64,000 bases of DNA from Bacillota bacterium (GTDB lineage Bacteria > Bacillota > Clostridia > Lachnospirales > Lachnospiraceae): NCBI GenBank assembly GCA_023391695.1, contig JAEWAK010000008.1:56081-120080 (forward strand). The letters run 5' to 3'. Of the stretch, positions 1-8,894 are shown piece by piece. The notes beneath the pieces were generated by a model. That model worked only from the letters and a program-made list of their open reading frames with translations. It was not told where the DNA came from and did not search any database. Within the stretch, counting starts at the first letter, position 1. Every line of letters starts with the position of its first letter. The translations under genes were made by a program, and so were the position numbers.

Positions 1-214
1 AAAAATCCTGTTCTTTGTTATTCGAAATAAATGCATAGTGCTTTTCATATAATCCATATCCGTTCTTTTGTGCAAGTCCCGTATCGATTAATTTATTATT
101 GAAATAAATAAAACTCAAAAATATCACCAGCAGCATTAGTATACTATTGCCTAAAATAACCAGTGGCGAAAGTTTAATTTTAATCTTACGGTTATTTTTG
201 TTTTTTTCTTCCAT
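1..214 (-). CDS. 5' part of a gene running off the window; membrane-anchored protein, possibly a periplasmic-binding-fold sugar sensor
   Basis: Manual translation MEEKNKNNRKIKIKLSPLVILGNSILMLLVIFLSFIYF...HYAFISNNKEQDF, with RBS AAGGAAGG upstream, one N-terminal TM helix, and an open frame to position 1. Confidence 0.6.
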   Translation of the reverse strand, partial: MEEKNKNNRKIKIKLSPLVILGNSILMLLVIFLSFIYFNNKLIDTGLAQKNGYGLYEKHYAFISNNKEQDF

Positions 215-445
215 GGCATCCTTCCTTTTAAAAGAGCCTTTTCTTTTCCCTGGGAGTATTTTTTTCCGGCCTCTTCCATTAGAGTATTTTGTAATAATTA
301 TAGCAAAATTATAATACAAGTCAACAAACAGGTATGTATTTTCAACAATTCTGCCAAATAAAGTACCCTTTTACAGATTGAAATCCAATCCTGGGGAGGA
401 TTTTACATATCCTATAAATGTTTTATTATAAACCAATATAATTCA

Positions 446-506
446 AATACGGGGCAGTTTTAAAATATGCTATTGTTCAATAGATATTTTAAAGCTGCCC
501 CGTATT
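446..506 (-). terminator. long stem-loop downstream of the lactate operon
   Basis: Inverted repeat AATACGGGGCAGTTTTAAAATAT / ATATTTTAAAGCTGCCCCGTATT about 70 nt after the lctD stop. Confidence 0.65.
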
Positions 507-578
507 CGGATTTATACACTTTTCTGATACATTTTATACCCGTTACCACTGATGTCCGTAACAATTGCCTGCCTGAAT

Positions 579-1982
579 TTACATCTGGCATACCTTATGA
601 GGATTTAAGATGTTTTTCGGATCAAAAGCCTTCTTGATTCCCAGCATGATTTCCACGGTAGCCGGATCCATGGCTTCCATTAAATAAGACTTCTTGGCAT
701 AACCGATACCGTGTTCACCGGAAACCTGGCCGTTTAATTCCCTGGCTTTGCCGTAAATTTTATCCATGGCAGCTTTCATCCTCTTCTCCCATTCTTCTTC
801 ACTTAAATCATCTTTCAGTATATAAGCATGAAGATTACCGTCACCGGCATGGCCGAAGCTCTTAATACGGATGTTTACTTCCTTATATAAACCGTGGATA
901 TATTCCACCATTTCATTGACGGAACTTCTGGGAACCACTACGTCCACCTCATCCATATAGGTGGTGGAACCCTTGATGGCTTCTAAGAATGCGCCTCGTG
1001 CCTTCCAGATGGATTCCTCTCTCTCATTGGTGTCGGATATGAGGATATCCAGAGCTCCCTGTTCCAGGCAGATTTTAGCCACGCTGTCATAGGCTTTTTC
1101 TATTTCTTCCGTAGAATTACCGTCAAATTTCAATAACAGGTAGGCATCGGCACTGTTGTCCGGAAACTTTTTCCCTAAATATTTTTCCGCATCGATAATA
1201 ACTTCCCGCTGCATGAATTCAATGGCCGTAGGTATGGATTTGGACTTGATGATCAAGGGAACCGTGCGGATTGCCGTTTCCAGGGTAGGAAAAGGAATCA
1301 GCAAACTGATGGCTTTTTTCGGAAGAGGAAGGAGTTTTAAGATGGCTTTTGTAATGATTCCAAGGGTTCCTTCCGAACCTACCATCAGATCCTTCATAGC
1401 ATATCCCGTACTGTTTTTAACTACTTTGCCGCCGAATTCCACCACTTTACCGTCCGGCAGTACTACTTCAAGTCCACGGACATAATCCCTGGTAACACCG
1501 TATTTCACCGCCCTCATGCCTCCGGCATTGGTACTGATGTTTCCGCCGATGGTAGCCGACTTTTCACCCGGATCCGGAGGATAGAACAAATCCCTGTCCT
1601 GTACGTAGGCGGCCAATTCCATTAATAAAACACCCGGTTCCACCGTAATGGTCAAATTGTCTTCATCCAGCTCCAGAAAACGGTTCATCAAGCTGGTATC
1701 CAGCATAATACCATGTTCCATTGCAACGGAGGAACCTACAAGTCCCGTACCGGAACCTCTTGGGGTAACCGGAATGTTGTTCCCGTAAGCATACTTCATT
1801 ATTTTAGAAATTTCCTCCGTAGAGGTAACTTTTACGACTACGTCCGGATAACTGACCGTATCGCTTAATTCATCATGGCTGTATTCTTCATTGATATCTT
1901 CTCCGTATAGAACCCGTTCCGTATCATTTATGATATTTTTTATAAAATATAAATCTTCCTGGTCTAATTTTTTGTAATTCAT
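579..1982 (-). CDS. lctD: FAD-binding D-lactate dehydrogenase (LctD/GlcD family, ETF-coupled)
   Basis: [35 protein letters not shown] and SGEHGIG motifs; start moved to MNYKK after RBS GGAGG; lies downstream of etfBA and a lactate permease. Confidence 0.88.
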   Translation of the reverse strand: MNYKKLDQEDLYFIKNIINDTERVLYGEDINEEYSHDELSDTVSYPDVVVKVTSTEEISKIMKYAYGNNIPVTPRGSGTGLVGSSVAMEHGIMLDTSLMNRFLELDEDNLTITVEPGVLLMELAAYVQDRDLFYPPDPGEKSATIGGNISTNAGGMRAVKYGVTRDYVRGLEVVLPDGKVVEFGGKVVKNSTGYAMKDLMVGSEGTLGIITKAILKLLPLPKKAISLLIPFPTLETAIRTVPLIIKSKSIPTAIEFMQREVIIDAEKYLGKKFPDNSADAYLLLKFDGNSTEEIEKAYDSVAKICLEQGALDILISDTNEREESIWKARGAFLEAIKGSTTYMDEVDVVVPRSSVNEMVEYIHGLYKEVNIRIKSFGHAGDGNLHAYILKDDLSEEEWEKRMKAAMDKIYGKARELNGQVSGEHGIGYAKKSYLMEAMDPATVEIMLGIKKAFDPKNILNPHKVCQM

Positions 1983-2004
1983 TTTTCCTCCATTTCTACA
2001 CATT

Positions 2005-2240
2005 GGTTGAAAACGATTTTTTTTCAACCTTCCCGACATGATGCCGCAGAAGCGACATCTCAAATATATAGGAAGAAGTTCAAAATGAAATCCCTCTGAT
2101 TTCATTTTGGCGTTCTTTCTAAGTGAATTATGTTTTTACAATTCACTTTGTGAAGACGCTTTTACTTCACAATTACCGCCATGCCATTTCCAGCGCACCT
2201 CATGTTTGGGCCGAGGATTTCGCAGGCACAAACATGTGTG
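2005..2240. repeat. intercistronic cluster of five stem-loops
   Basis: Stems at 2005-2029, 2081-2109, 2121-2148, 2148-2172 and 2201-2236. Confidence 0.6.
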
Positions 2241-2261
2241 TGAATTATGCCTTTCAATAAT

Positions 2262-3455
2262 TCACACTGCCCCCTTGGTTAATTTTATCTGATTAATTAA
2301 GTCCGGAATGATTTCATATAAATCTCCTACCAGACCATAGTGAGCGGTTTTAAAAATGGGTGCGTTCTCATCCTTATTAATGGCAATGATCTGTTCCGAA
2401 TTGTTCATACCGGCCGTAAACTGCACCGATCCGGATACTCCGCAGGTTATGATAAGTTTCGGCCTTACGGTCCTGCCGCTTAAGCCTACCTGGCGTTTTG
2501 CTTCCAACCAGCCGGTTTCCATAACAGGCCTTGTACAGGCAAGCTGGCCGTCCAGTAAATCCGCCAATTCCTGCAACATCCCTAAATCTTCCTCTTTTTT
2601 TACACCGCGCCCCGCTACGACTAATACTTCGGAGGCTTCGATAAACTGTTCTTTTTCTTTGGCAATAATATCAAGTACATCCACTTTACTGTTTAATTTC
2701 TCAGTATCAATGCTGCATTCCACGATTTCACCGGATTCTTCCGCGTTTCGTTTCGGTGCGTCCATTACTTTGTAACGGACGGTTGCCATCTGTGGCCTGT
2801 GATTGGGGGTCAAAATCTGGGCCATGATATTTCCGCCGAAAGCCGGTCTTATCTGTACCAGATCCGTATCTTCCGTGATGTCGAGTATAGTACAGTCCGC
2901 CGTCAGCCCGGTTTTTAATCTGGCGGCCAGCCTGGGTGCCAGCTGACGTCCCACAGGAGTTGCTCCCATCAGAATGGCGGTCGGTTTTACCTGATTCACA
3001 AAATCTTCAAATACGGCGGTATAAGGTTCCATTATAAAACGGGCTAATTTTTCCTGATCATATACAAATACCTTATCCACGTTATAATGAAGGAGTTCAT
3101 GACATTCTTTTGTAATATTACTTCCCATCATAACGGCATATACCGGATGACCTATCTTGGCTGCCAGTTCTTTCGCTTTACCGATTAATTCATAAGTTAC
3201 CGGATGGATAACCCCGTCAATGTGGTCCACATAAACTGCGATCCCTCTCCATTTTTCTTTATCAACGGTTTCCATAACCTCTTCCACATATTCAATGGCC
3301 CCTGCCGGACCTTTTTTCACACACAATTTACACATTTTACAGGCTGCATTAATAAGCAGTTCCCCGTTCTTTTCTTCCATTGCTCCAAAGGGGCAAATAC
3401 TGATTACTTCCTGTATATTTCCGACTTTACTTTGATTTATGACTAACTTTGCCAT
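2262..3455 (-). CDS. etfA: electron transfer flavoprotein alpha subunit with N-terminal ferredoxin-like domain (LctC type)
   Basis: N-terminal CPFGA...CKMCKLC; GLTADCT, RPAFGGN, QVGLSG and GVSGSVQF motifs. Confidence 0.93.
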   Translation of the reverse strand: MAKLVINQSKVGNIQEVISICPFGAMEEKNGELLINAACKMCKLCVKKGPAGAIEYVEEVMETVDKEKWRGIAVYVDHIDGVIHPVTYELIGKAKELAAKIGHPVYAVMMGSNITKECHELLHYNVDKVFVYDQEKLARFIMEPYTAVFEDFVNQVKPTAILMGATPVGRQLAPRLAARLKTGLTADCTILDITEDTDLVQIRPAFGGNIMAQILTPNHRPQMATVRYKVMDAPKRNAEESGEIVECSIDTEKLNSKVDVLDIIAKEKEQFIEASEVLVVAGRGVKKEEDLGMLQELADLLDGQLACTRPVMETGWLEAKRQVGLSGRTVRPKLIITCGVSGSVQFTAGMNNSEQIIAINKDENAPIFKTAHYGLVGDLYEIIPDLINQIKLTKGAV

Positions 3456-3467
3456 TTTGATTTCCCC

Positions 3468-4256
3468 CTATACGAATTTTAATTCCTGCAATTTATGAAA
3501 TAACTGACCGGTAAGTTCTTCACCTGTTCCGTGAAACATCTCCCTGTGAGCATTGACTTCCGGTGGAAAAATACGCTGTACCTGTGTGGGTGACCCGTTC
3601 AGGCCGTAGTGAAGTTCGTCTCTGTCCTCTAATTCCGCCAGGCTTATTACCGTAATTTCACGGTCCTTTGTTTCCTGCTTCTTCACATAGGATGGAAGCC
3701 TTGGCATGAAAATGTCCTTATCCACCGTAAGGAGGCAGGGGAATTGGATTTTTGTAATTTCAATATCATGGGTCATGTCCATTTCCACTACAATGGATTC
3801 TTCATTCATTTCTACTATTTTAGATACGTTGGATACACTGGGGATATTCAGCCATTCGGATACTTCCGGCCCAACCTGTGCCGTATCTCCGTCGGTGGTC
3901 TGCTTTCCGCAGAGGATCAAATCAAAATCGCCGATGGATTTTATGCCTTGGGAAATCGTATAGCTGGTTGCCAGAACATCGGCACCACCGAATTTCCGGT
4001 CGGAAATTAAAACTCCTTTATCAACACCCATGGCGAAAGCTTCGCGGATGACCACGGCAGCCTGCCCGGGACCCATGGTAAGTGCATAGATGGTTCCTCC
4101 CATTTCTTCCCTTACCTTAAGTGCCGTTTCAATGGCATACAGGTCATAGGGATTCATTTTGGATTCCACACCGTTTCTTTTTAAGACTCCTGTAACCGGA
4201 TCTACTTCTACCTTGTTGCTGTCAGGAACCTGTTTAATACATACTAAGATATTCAT
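3468..4256 (-). CDS. etfB: electron transfer flavoprotein beta subunit (LctB type)
   Basis: MNILVCIKQVPD, NPYD, GADVLATS and GKQTTDGDTAQVGP motifs. Confidence 0.93.
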   Translation of the reverse strand: MNILVCIKQVPDSNKVEVDPVTGVLKRNGVESKMNPYDLYAIETALKVREEMGGTIYALTMGPGQAAVVIREAFAMGVDKGVLISDRKFGGADVLATSYTISQGIKSIGDFDLILCGKQTTDGDTAQVGPEVSEWLNIPSVSNVSKIVEMNEESIVVEMDMTHDIEITKIQFPCLLTVDKDIFMPRLPSYVKKQETKDREITVISLAELEDRDELHYGLNGSPTQVQRIFPPEVNAHREMFHGTGEELTGQLFHKLQELKFV

Positions 4257-4461
4257 ACTTGTCACCTTTCCCTTTTTTAATTCCTTTTAAATGACGTTTA
4301 TGCTTTGTCATTCTACATATATGCTTTTTATAAACTCATACTTTTATAAATGGATATATAATAAATGGATATATATAAACATTCTTAATCATAAATCACT
4401 TACTTATAATTCCAGTAATTACTCACTTATTACTAAATCTTCGGCGACATTATCAATATAT

Positions 4462-6018
4462 TCATCCCAGAAGCTGTGCACCCACGTAAGTGAAGATGCC
4501 TACGATTACTAAAAACAAGATATAATATTTAAACGTGCCTTTTAAAAGTACACTTTCTTTTCCCTGTAACTGTACGGCTGCCACGGCAACTGCAATACTC
4601 TGGGGGGAAATCATTTTGGCCGTAATTGCCCCGGCCGTATTGGAAGCCGAAATCCAGGCCTGATTTAAATTAAGTGCCGTAGAGGTCTCTGCCTGCAAAC
4701 CGCCGAATAAAACACTGGAGGAAGTACCGCTGCCCGTTACAAAGGTTCCGATGGAACCAAGGAGAGGTGCAAACAAGGGATAAAAGGACCCCGTAACCGT
4801 AACAAACATAAGGGATATGGAAGCGATCATGCCGCTGTAACCCATTAATTTGGCCGTAGCCATAATGGAGATGATGGTTACAACCGTCTTAAACATCTGG
4901 ATCATGGTCTTTTTAAATATGTTCAGCATTTCACCGAAGCGGGCTCCCTGAATTTTCCCTCCAACAAATGCAGCAAGGATAATCCATAATCCCGGAGTAG
5001 TCAGCCAGGAAAAGGTATATGCCGCGGCGTCCTTGCCGGTATAAATATTTACGGAAGTTTTTACGGCACCCAGCAGTTCATTTAACGGTGCAATCAATTT
5101 GGAGGTTCCAAGTAAAAACAAAAAGATCAATAGAAACGGGCTCCAGGCCACCACTGCTTCTTTTCCGGTTACTTTGTCATGATTTTTTTCTTCCAGGCGG
5201 TATTCGGGATCAATGTCTTTTCTACCGAAAAACCTGGCTGCCCCTGCCGTACATAACATGGAACATACGGAACCGATTACTACGGGGAGTTCGGCACCAA
5301 GGAATTTTGCCACCAGATATTCCGGTATTAAAAATGATACGCCGGAGATCAAGGTAATGAGGATAATCCCTTTTAATGAGTTTTTTGACCTGCCTTTTTC
5401 CGACTTACCGGTCAAATATACCAGGATAAAAGGAGTCAGAATAATAAGGGGAGCCAGTAAAATAACCGTATTGGTGGATAAGCCGAATACATCCAGGCCG
5501 GTTATTTTCGCCAGAGTAGTAGTGGGAATTCCAATGGAACCAAAAGCCGTCGGGGTCGCATTGGCAATCAGACATACGATTGCGGCAAATACGGGATTAA
5601 ATCCCAACCCCCATAGCATACTGGCCGGTATGGCAACTGCTGTTCCAAAGCCTGCCATTCCTTCCATGAAACCGCCGAACCCCCAGGCAATGATTAAAAT
5701 CAACACCCGTTTATCATTCGTAACGCTTGCTAACATTTTCTTGATTATTTCCATCTTGCCGGTTGCCACACAGACATTGTAAGTAAAGATTGCGGCTATA
5801 ATTACAATTATAATGGGCCACAGGGCAAGGGCAATTCCTTCCCCGACTGCCGTTATGCTGTCAAGCAAGGGCATTTTCCAAACGAATACTGCCAATACAT
5901 ATGCTATAACCAGTGCAATGGTACAGGCTTTAAATCCCGGTATTTTTAATGCAGTTAAGGCTACGATCAGCCATATTATCGGCAGTAAAGCTAAAATAAA
6001 AGCGAAAGTCATGTTCAT
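4462..6018 (-). CDS. lctP: lactate permease (LctP family)
   Basis: Many TM segments; FMEGMAGFG, ANATPTAFGSIG, GTFVTGSGTSS and KMISPQSIA motifs. Confidence 0.92.
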   Translation of the reverse strand: MNMTFAFILALLPIIWLIVALTALKIPGFKACTIALVIAYVLAVFVWKMPLLDSITAVGEGIALALWPIIIVIIAAIFTYNVCVATGKMEIIKKMLASVTNDKRVLILIIAWGFGGFMEGMAGFGTAVAIPASMLWGLGFNPVFAAIVCLIANATPTAFGSIGIPTTTLAKITGLDVFGLSTNTVILLAPLIILTPFILVYLTGKSEKGRSKNSLKGIILITLISGVSFLIPEYLVAKFLGAELPVVIGSVCSMLCTAGAARFFGRKDIDPEYRLEEKNHDKVTGKEAVVAWSPFLLIFLFLLGTSKLIAPLNELLGAVKTSVNIYTGKDAAAYTFSWLTTPGLWIILAAFVGGKIQGARFGEMLNIFKKTMIQMFKTVVTIISIMATAKLMGYSGMIASISLMFVTVTGSFYPLFAPLLGSIGTFVTGSGTSSSVLFGGLQAETSTALNLNQAWISASNTAGAITAKMISPQSIAVAVAAVQLQGKESVLLKGTFKYYILFLVIVGIFTYVGAQLLG

Positions 6019-6159
6019 ATCTGGCTCCCATCTGCCCGTCTCCAGGCGTAGATTTAAGGGCTGCGGAAAGTCTTTATTCTTACCGCTCCCGATACCGCAC
6101 TTAACAGGCGGTATTTCGGATATTGGAATCAGTAGATATTTTTCCTTATCCTTGGTTTC

Positions 6160-6198
6160 ATATTCTGTTTTGATATTCTGTTTTGATATTCTGTTTTG
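6160..6198. repeat. 13-bp tandem repeat, three copies
   Basis: ATATTCTGTTTTG three times in the lct leader. Confidence 0.9.
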
Positions 6199-6274
6199 AT
6201 TTTAAATCACGTGATTTTGTAAGATAAGTCGAACTCCCGCCTGCAAAGTCGGGGGGCTTTACCTACCAAGATTG

Positions 6275-6291
6275 AATTGGTAGGACCAATT
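6275..6291. promoter_or_regulatory. FadR-family (LldR/PdhR-type) operator, downstream copy
   Basis: Palindrome AATTGGTAGGACCAATT matches AATTGGT-N3-ACCAATT. Confidence 0.8.
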
Positions 6292-6444
6292 TTGGCGTAA
6301 AAAATAAGGGGTTTCCACAAAACATTTCGTTTTATCCACTTGCTAAGAAAGGTACCATGATTATCTGCAGTATATGAACCTATTTTCCAACAAGCAGTTA
6401 AGACAGAGAGTTTTGTAACACCCCTGCTCTACCAATCAAGCTTA

Positions 6445-6461
6445 AATTGGTAGGACCACTT
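6445..6461. promoter_or_regulatory. FadR-family operator, promoter-proximal copy
   Basis: AATTGGTAGGACCACTT, one mismatch to the palindrome, immediately downstream of the predicted start site. Confidence 0.8.
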
Positions 6462-6471
6462 TTGTAACTTT

Positions 6472-6500
6472 ATTATACTTATGTTTTCTTTCCATGTCAA
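6472..6500 (-). promoter_or_regulatory. sigma-A promoter of the lactate operon
   Basis: TTGACA (6500-6495), 17 nt, TATAAT (6477-6472) on the minus strand. Confidence 0.8.
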
Positions 6501-6536
6501 CAAACGTCATTTTTTTCACAAATGATTTGTATGATA

Positions 6537-7262
6537 TTACTTTAATCCATTCAATTTTATTAATTTTGCTTCATTCAAACGTAGTTTTTCGTCAATTATA
6601 CCAAAATGTTTGTTAATTGCTTCATAAGCTAAATTCTTATCCCTTAAAACCAGGCTTTGGACCATCTGGGTGTGGGCTTCCTGGAGAATCTGCTTGCTGT
6701 CGGCGGAACTCAGTATTTCCCTTCTTAAATCAACAATGAACTGGTCGATTAGTTCGGAAAGTGCCTGTAAAATGTCAATGATCAGCGTATTGTTCGAAGC
6801 TTTCGCTATATTATAGTGCAGTTTCTTGTCCAGTATAACATTGTTTTCTTCCGTTTCACTTTCAAGTATATTATTGATCTCAGTCAGTTTTTTCACATCA
6901 TGGTCGGATATATTATCAATTGCCAGAAGTAAGGCCTGCATTTCCAGCCCCCTTCTTAATTGTGAAATCTGCCGGTAATTAATCTGATTTAAAAGAAACA
7001 TCATTGACATGGATTCTACCAGGTTATTTTCAAAGTTACCGGTCAAATAATTACCTGCGCCCTGCTGACTGGAAATAATACCCATGATATCCAGGGTACG
7101 AATCGCTTCCCGCACGGAATTACGGCTGACCCCTAAAGTTATGGAGAGTTCCCTTTCCGCAGGCAGTTTCGAACCGGTAATTAATTTCCCCTCCCGGATC
7201 TGTTTTTTTATAAAATCGATAACCTTAATATAAGACTTTTTATGCAGCTCTTTATCTTCCAT
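6537..7262 (-). CDS. FadR/GntR-family lactate regulator (LctA/LldR-like)
   Basis: wHTH KLPAERELSITLGVSRNSVREA plus FCD domain; ATG at 7262 follows RBS AGGAG. Confidence 0.9.
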   Translation of the reverse strand: MEDKELHKKSYIKVIDFIKKQIREGKLITGSKLPAERELSITLGVSRNSVREAIRTLDIMGIISSQQGAGNYLTGNFENNLVESMSMMFLLNQINYRQISQLRRGLEMQALLLAIDNISDHDVKKLTEINNILESETEENNVILDKKLHYNIAKASNNTLIIDILQALSELIDQFIVDLRREILSSADSKQILQEAHTQMVQSLVLRDKNLAYEAINKHFGIIDEKLRLNEAKLIKLNGLK

Positions 7263-7581
7263 CGGTTTCACTCCTTGTCTTTTCTATACAATCATTGTAA
7301 TCGCTGGTACTTTAAAATGCAATTACTATTATAACAACCGTTTCAAAGAATTAACACTTTGTTCCGATACATAAATTCCTTTGCCTGCTACTATACAGGA
7401 CAAATGTTCAAGGAATATTATACCGGAAGGGAACCGGCTGTCGGATGCGGCCATCTCCCTTCCTAAGTATTTTTCCTATTTGTGTTTATCGTGGCTGGTC
7501 CCGACGGCTTCTGGACATTCACATAATTATATATTAAAATAAAGATAATAATATGAAACCAGGTATAGGAGGTACTAAGTT

Positions 7582-8547
7582 ATGAGACAAATCAAATGGG
7601 GTGTATTAGGTACGGCAAATATAGCAAAAGGTTATGTAATCCCTGCTATTTTAAAGGCAGAAAATGCAATATTATATGGAATTGCCGGAAGAAGCAAGGA
7701 AAAGGCTGACAGTTACAAAACAGCCTACGGTTTTGAAAAGGCTTATTACAGCTACGAGGCCCTGCTGGAAGATGAGGAAATTGAAGCGGTTTACATACCC
7801 CTGCCAAATACCCTGCATAAAGAATGGGTGATAAAGGCAGCCGCCAGGAAAAAACATATTTTATGCGAAAAGCCCTTATCCGGCTCCGAAAAAGATGTGA
7901 AAGAGATGATTAAGGTCTGTGATGAGGCGGGTGTATATTTTATGGAGGCATTTGCATATTTACACAGCCCTGTTATTAAATCTATTAAGGAAGCACTGGA
8001 CGCGGGAGCGATCGGGAAACCAAAATTTATTGAAACCACTTTCCTGACACCAACTCCGAAAGACGGAAACATAAGGTTGAGAAAGGATACCCTGGGCGGC
8101 AGTATTTATGACCTGGGCTGTTATAATGTCAGCCTGATTTTAGCCCTGCTTGGGGAAGAACCAAGTGAAGTGAAAGCTCTGGCAGAATTCACGGAAGATA
8201 AAATCGATCTTTTTACAGCTGCCTTTTTTAAATTTCCCGGCGGCTGCAGAGCCTCCATCGTAACGGGAATGTGTGCGGCACAAAGAGGCGACCGCTACTT
8301 TATATACGGTACCGACGGCACCATTGAAGCACCGGTTCCGTTTAATGCAAAAGGCTCCTTAAAGTATTACATCCATGCGGGCGGAGAAACAAAAGAAGTT
8401 ACCTTAGAAGTACCTGATAATTATATGCTGGAAGTTGAACAGCTTGGCAGGTGTATAACCGATCGGGAAGCTCCCTTTGTGAGCCATGAATTTTCCATTA
8501 AAAATGCGCGTGCCATGGACAAAATACTGGCTTGTATCGGTTATTAA
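7582..8547 (+). CDS. Gfo/Idh/MocA family NAD(P)-dependent oxidoreductase
   Basis: WGVLGTANIA, YIPLPNTLH, HILCEKP and GGSIYDLGCY motifs; RBS AGGAGG. Confidence 0.9.
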   Translation: MRQIKWGVLGTANIAKGYVIPAILKAENAILYGIAGRSKEKADSYKTAYGFEKAYYSYEALLEDEEIEAVYIPLPNTLHKEWVIKAAARKKHILCEKPLSGSEKDVKEMIKVCDEAGVYFMEAFAYLHSPVIKSIKEALDAGAIGKPKFIETTFLTPTPKDGNIRLRKDTLGGSIYDLGCYNVSLILALLGEEPSEVKALAEFTEDKIDLFTAAFFKFPGGCRASIVTGMCAAQRGDRYFIYGTDGTIEAPVPFNAKGSLKYYIHAGGETKEVTLEVPDNYMLEVEQLGRCITDREAPFVSHEFSIKNARAMDKILACIGY

Positions 8548-8750
8548 AATTTTTATCTTAGTCAAAGCTGCTATTCGATTTCCGCTTTGCTGCGGCTCTA
8601 ACCAATTAAGCAGCTATGCTTCTATTTCAGCAAAAGCCCTCTCGCCAATGATAAACTAAGTTGGATTCCTGCCTGCAGAAAGCATAGACTTTCTTGGCAG
8701 GTTAAACAATATCGAAGCTTATCATAACATTAACCTTAAGTTATCAATTT

Positions 8751-8799
8751 AAAAGGATGTTCCGGAGACAGTTACTGCCTGTCCCGGAACATCCCTTTC
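8751..8799. terminator. probable bidirectional terminator between convergent genes
   Basis: GGATGTTCCGG / CCGGAACATCC stem with A and T tracts on either side. Confidence 0.65.
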
Positions 8800-8894
8800 T
8801 GGTTTTCACTTTTTGGCTCTTCCGTTATATAGTTCCTAGCGTTTTGAGCCTCACTCAGTACTGGTTAACCTTTATAAAAAATCTTTATTTACTC

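Noticed and set aside
1983..2105. 41-aa N-terminal extension of LctD in the ORF track
   Set aside because: It runs through the hairpin cluster; a good RBS (GGAGG) precedes ATG 1982 and family similarity starts there
4291..4512. 73-aa plus-strand ORF and a 15-bp tandem duplication (ATAAATGGATATATA twice, 4346-4375)
   Set aside because: AT-rich low-complexity spacer, antisense to the operon, no RBS
6228..6260. GTCGAACTCCCGCCTGCAAAGTCGGGGGGCTT resembles IS200/IS605-type end hairpins
   Set aside because: Only about 30 bp, imperfect, and no tnpA, tnpB or iscB remnant nearby; treated as part of the leader structure
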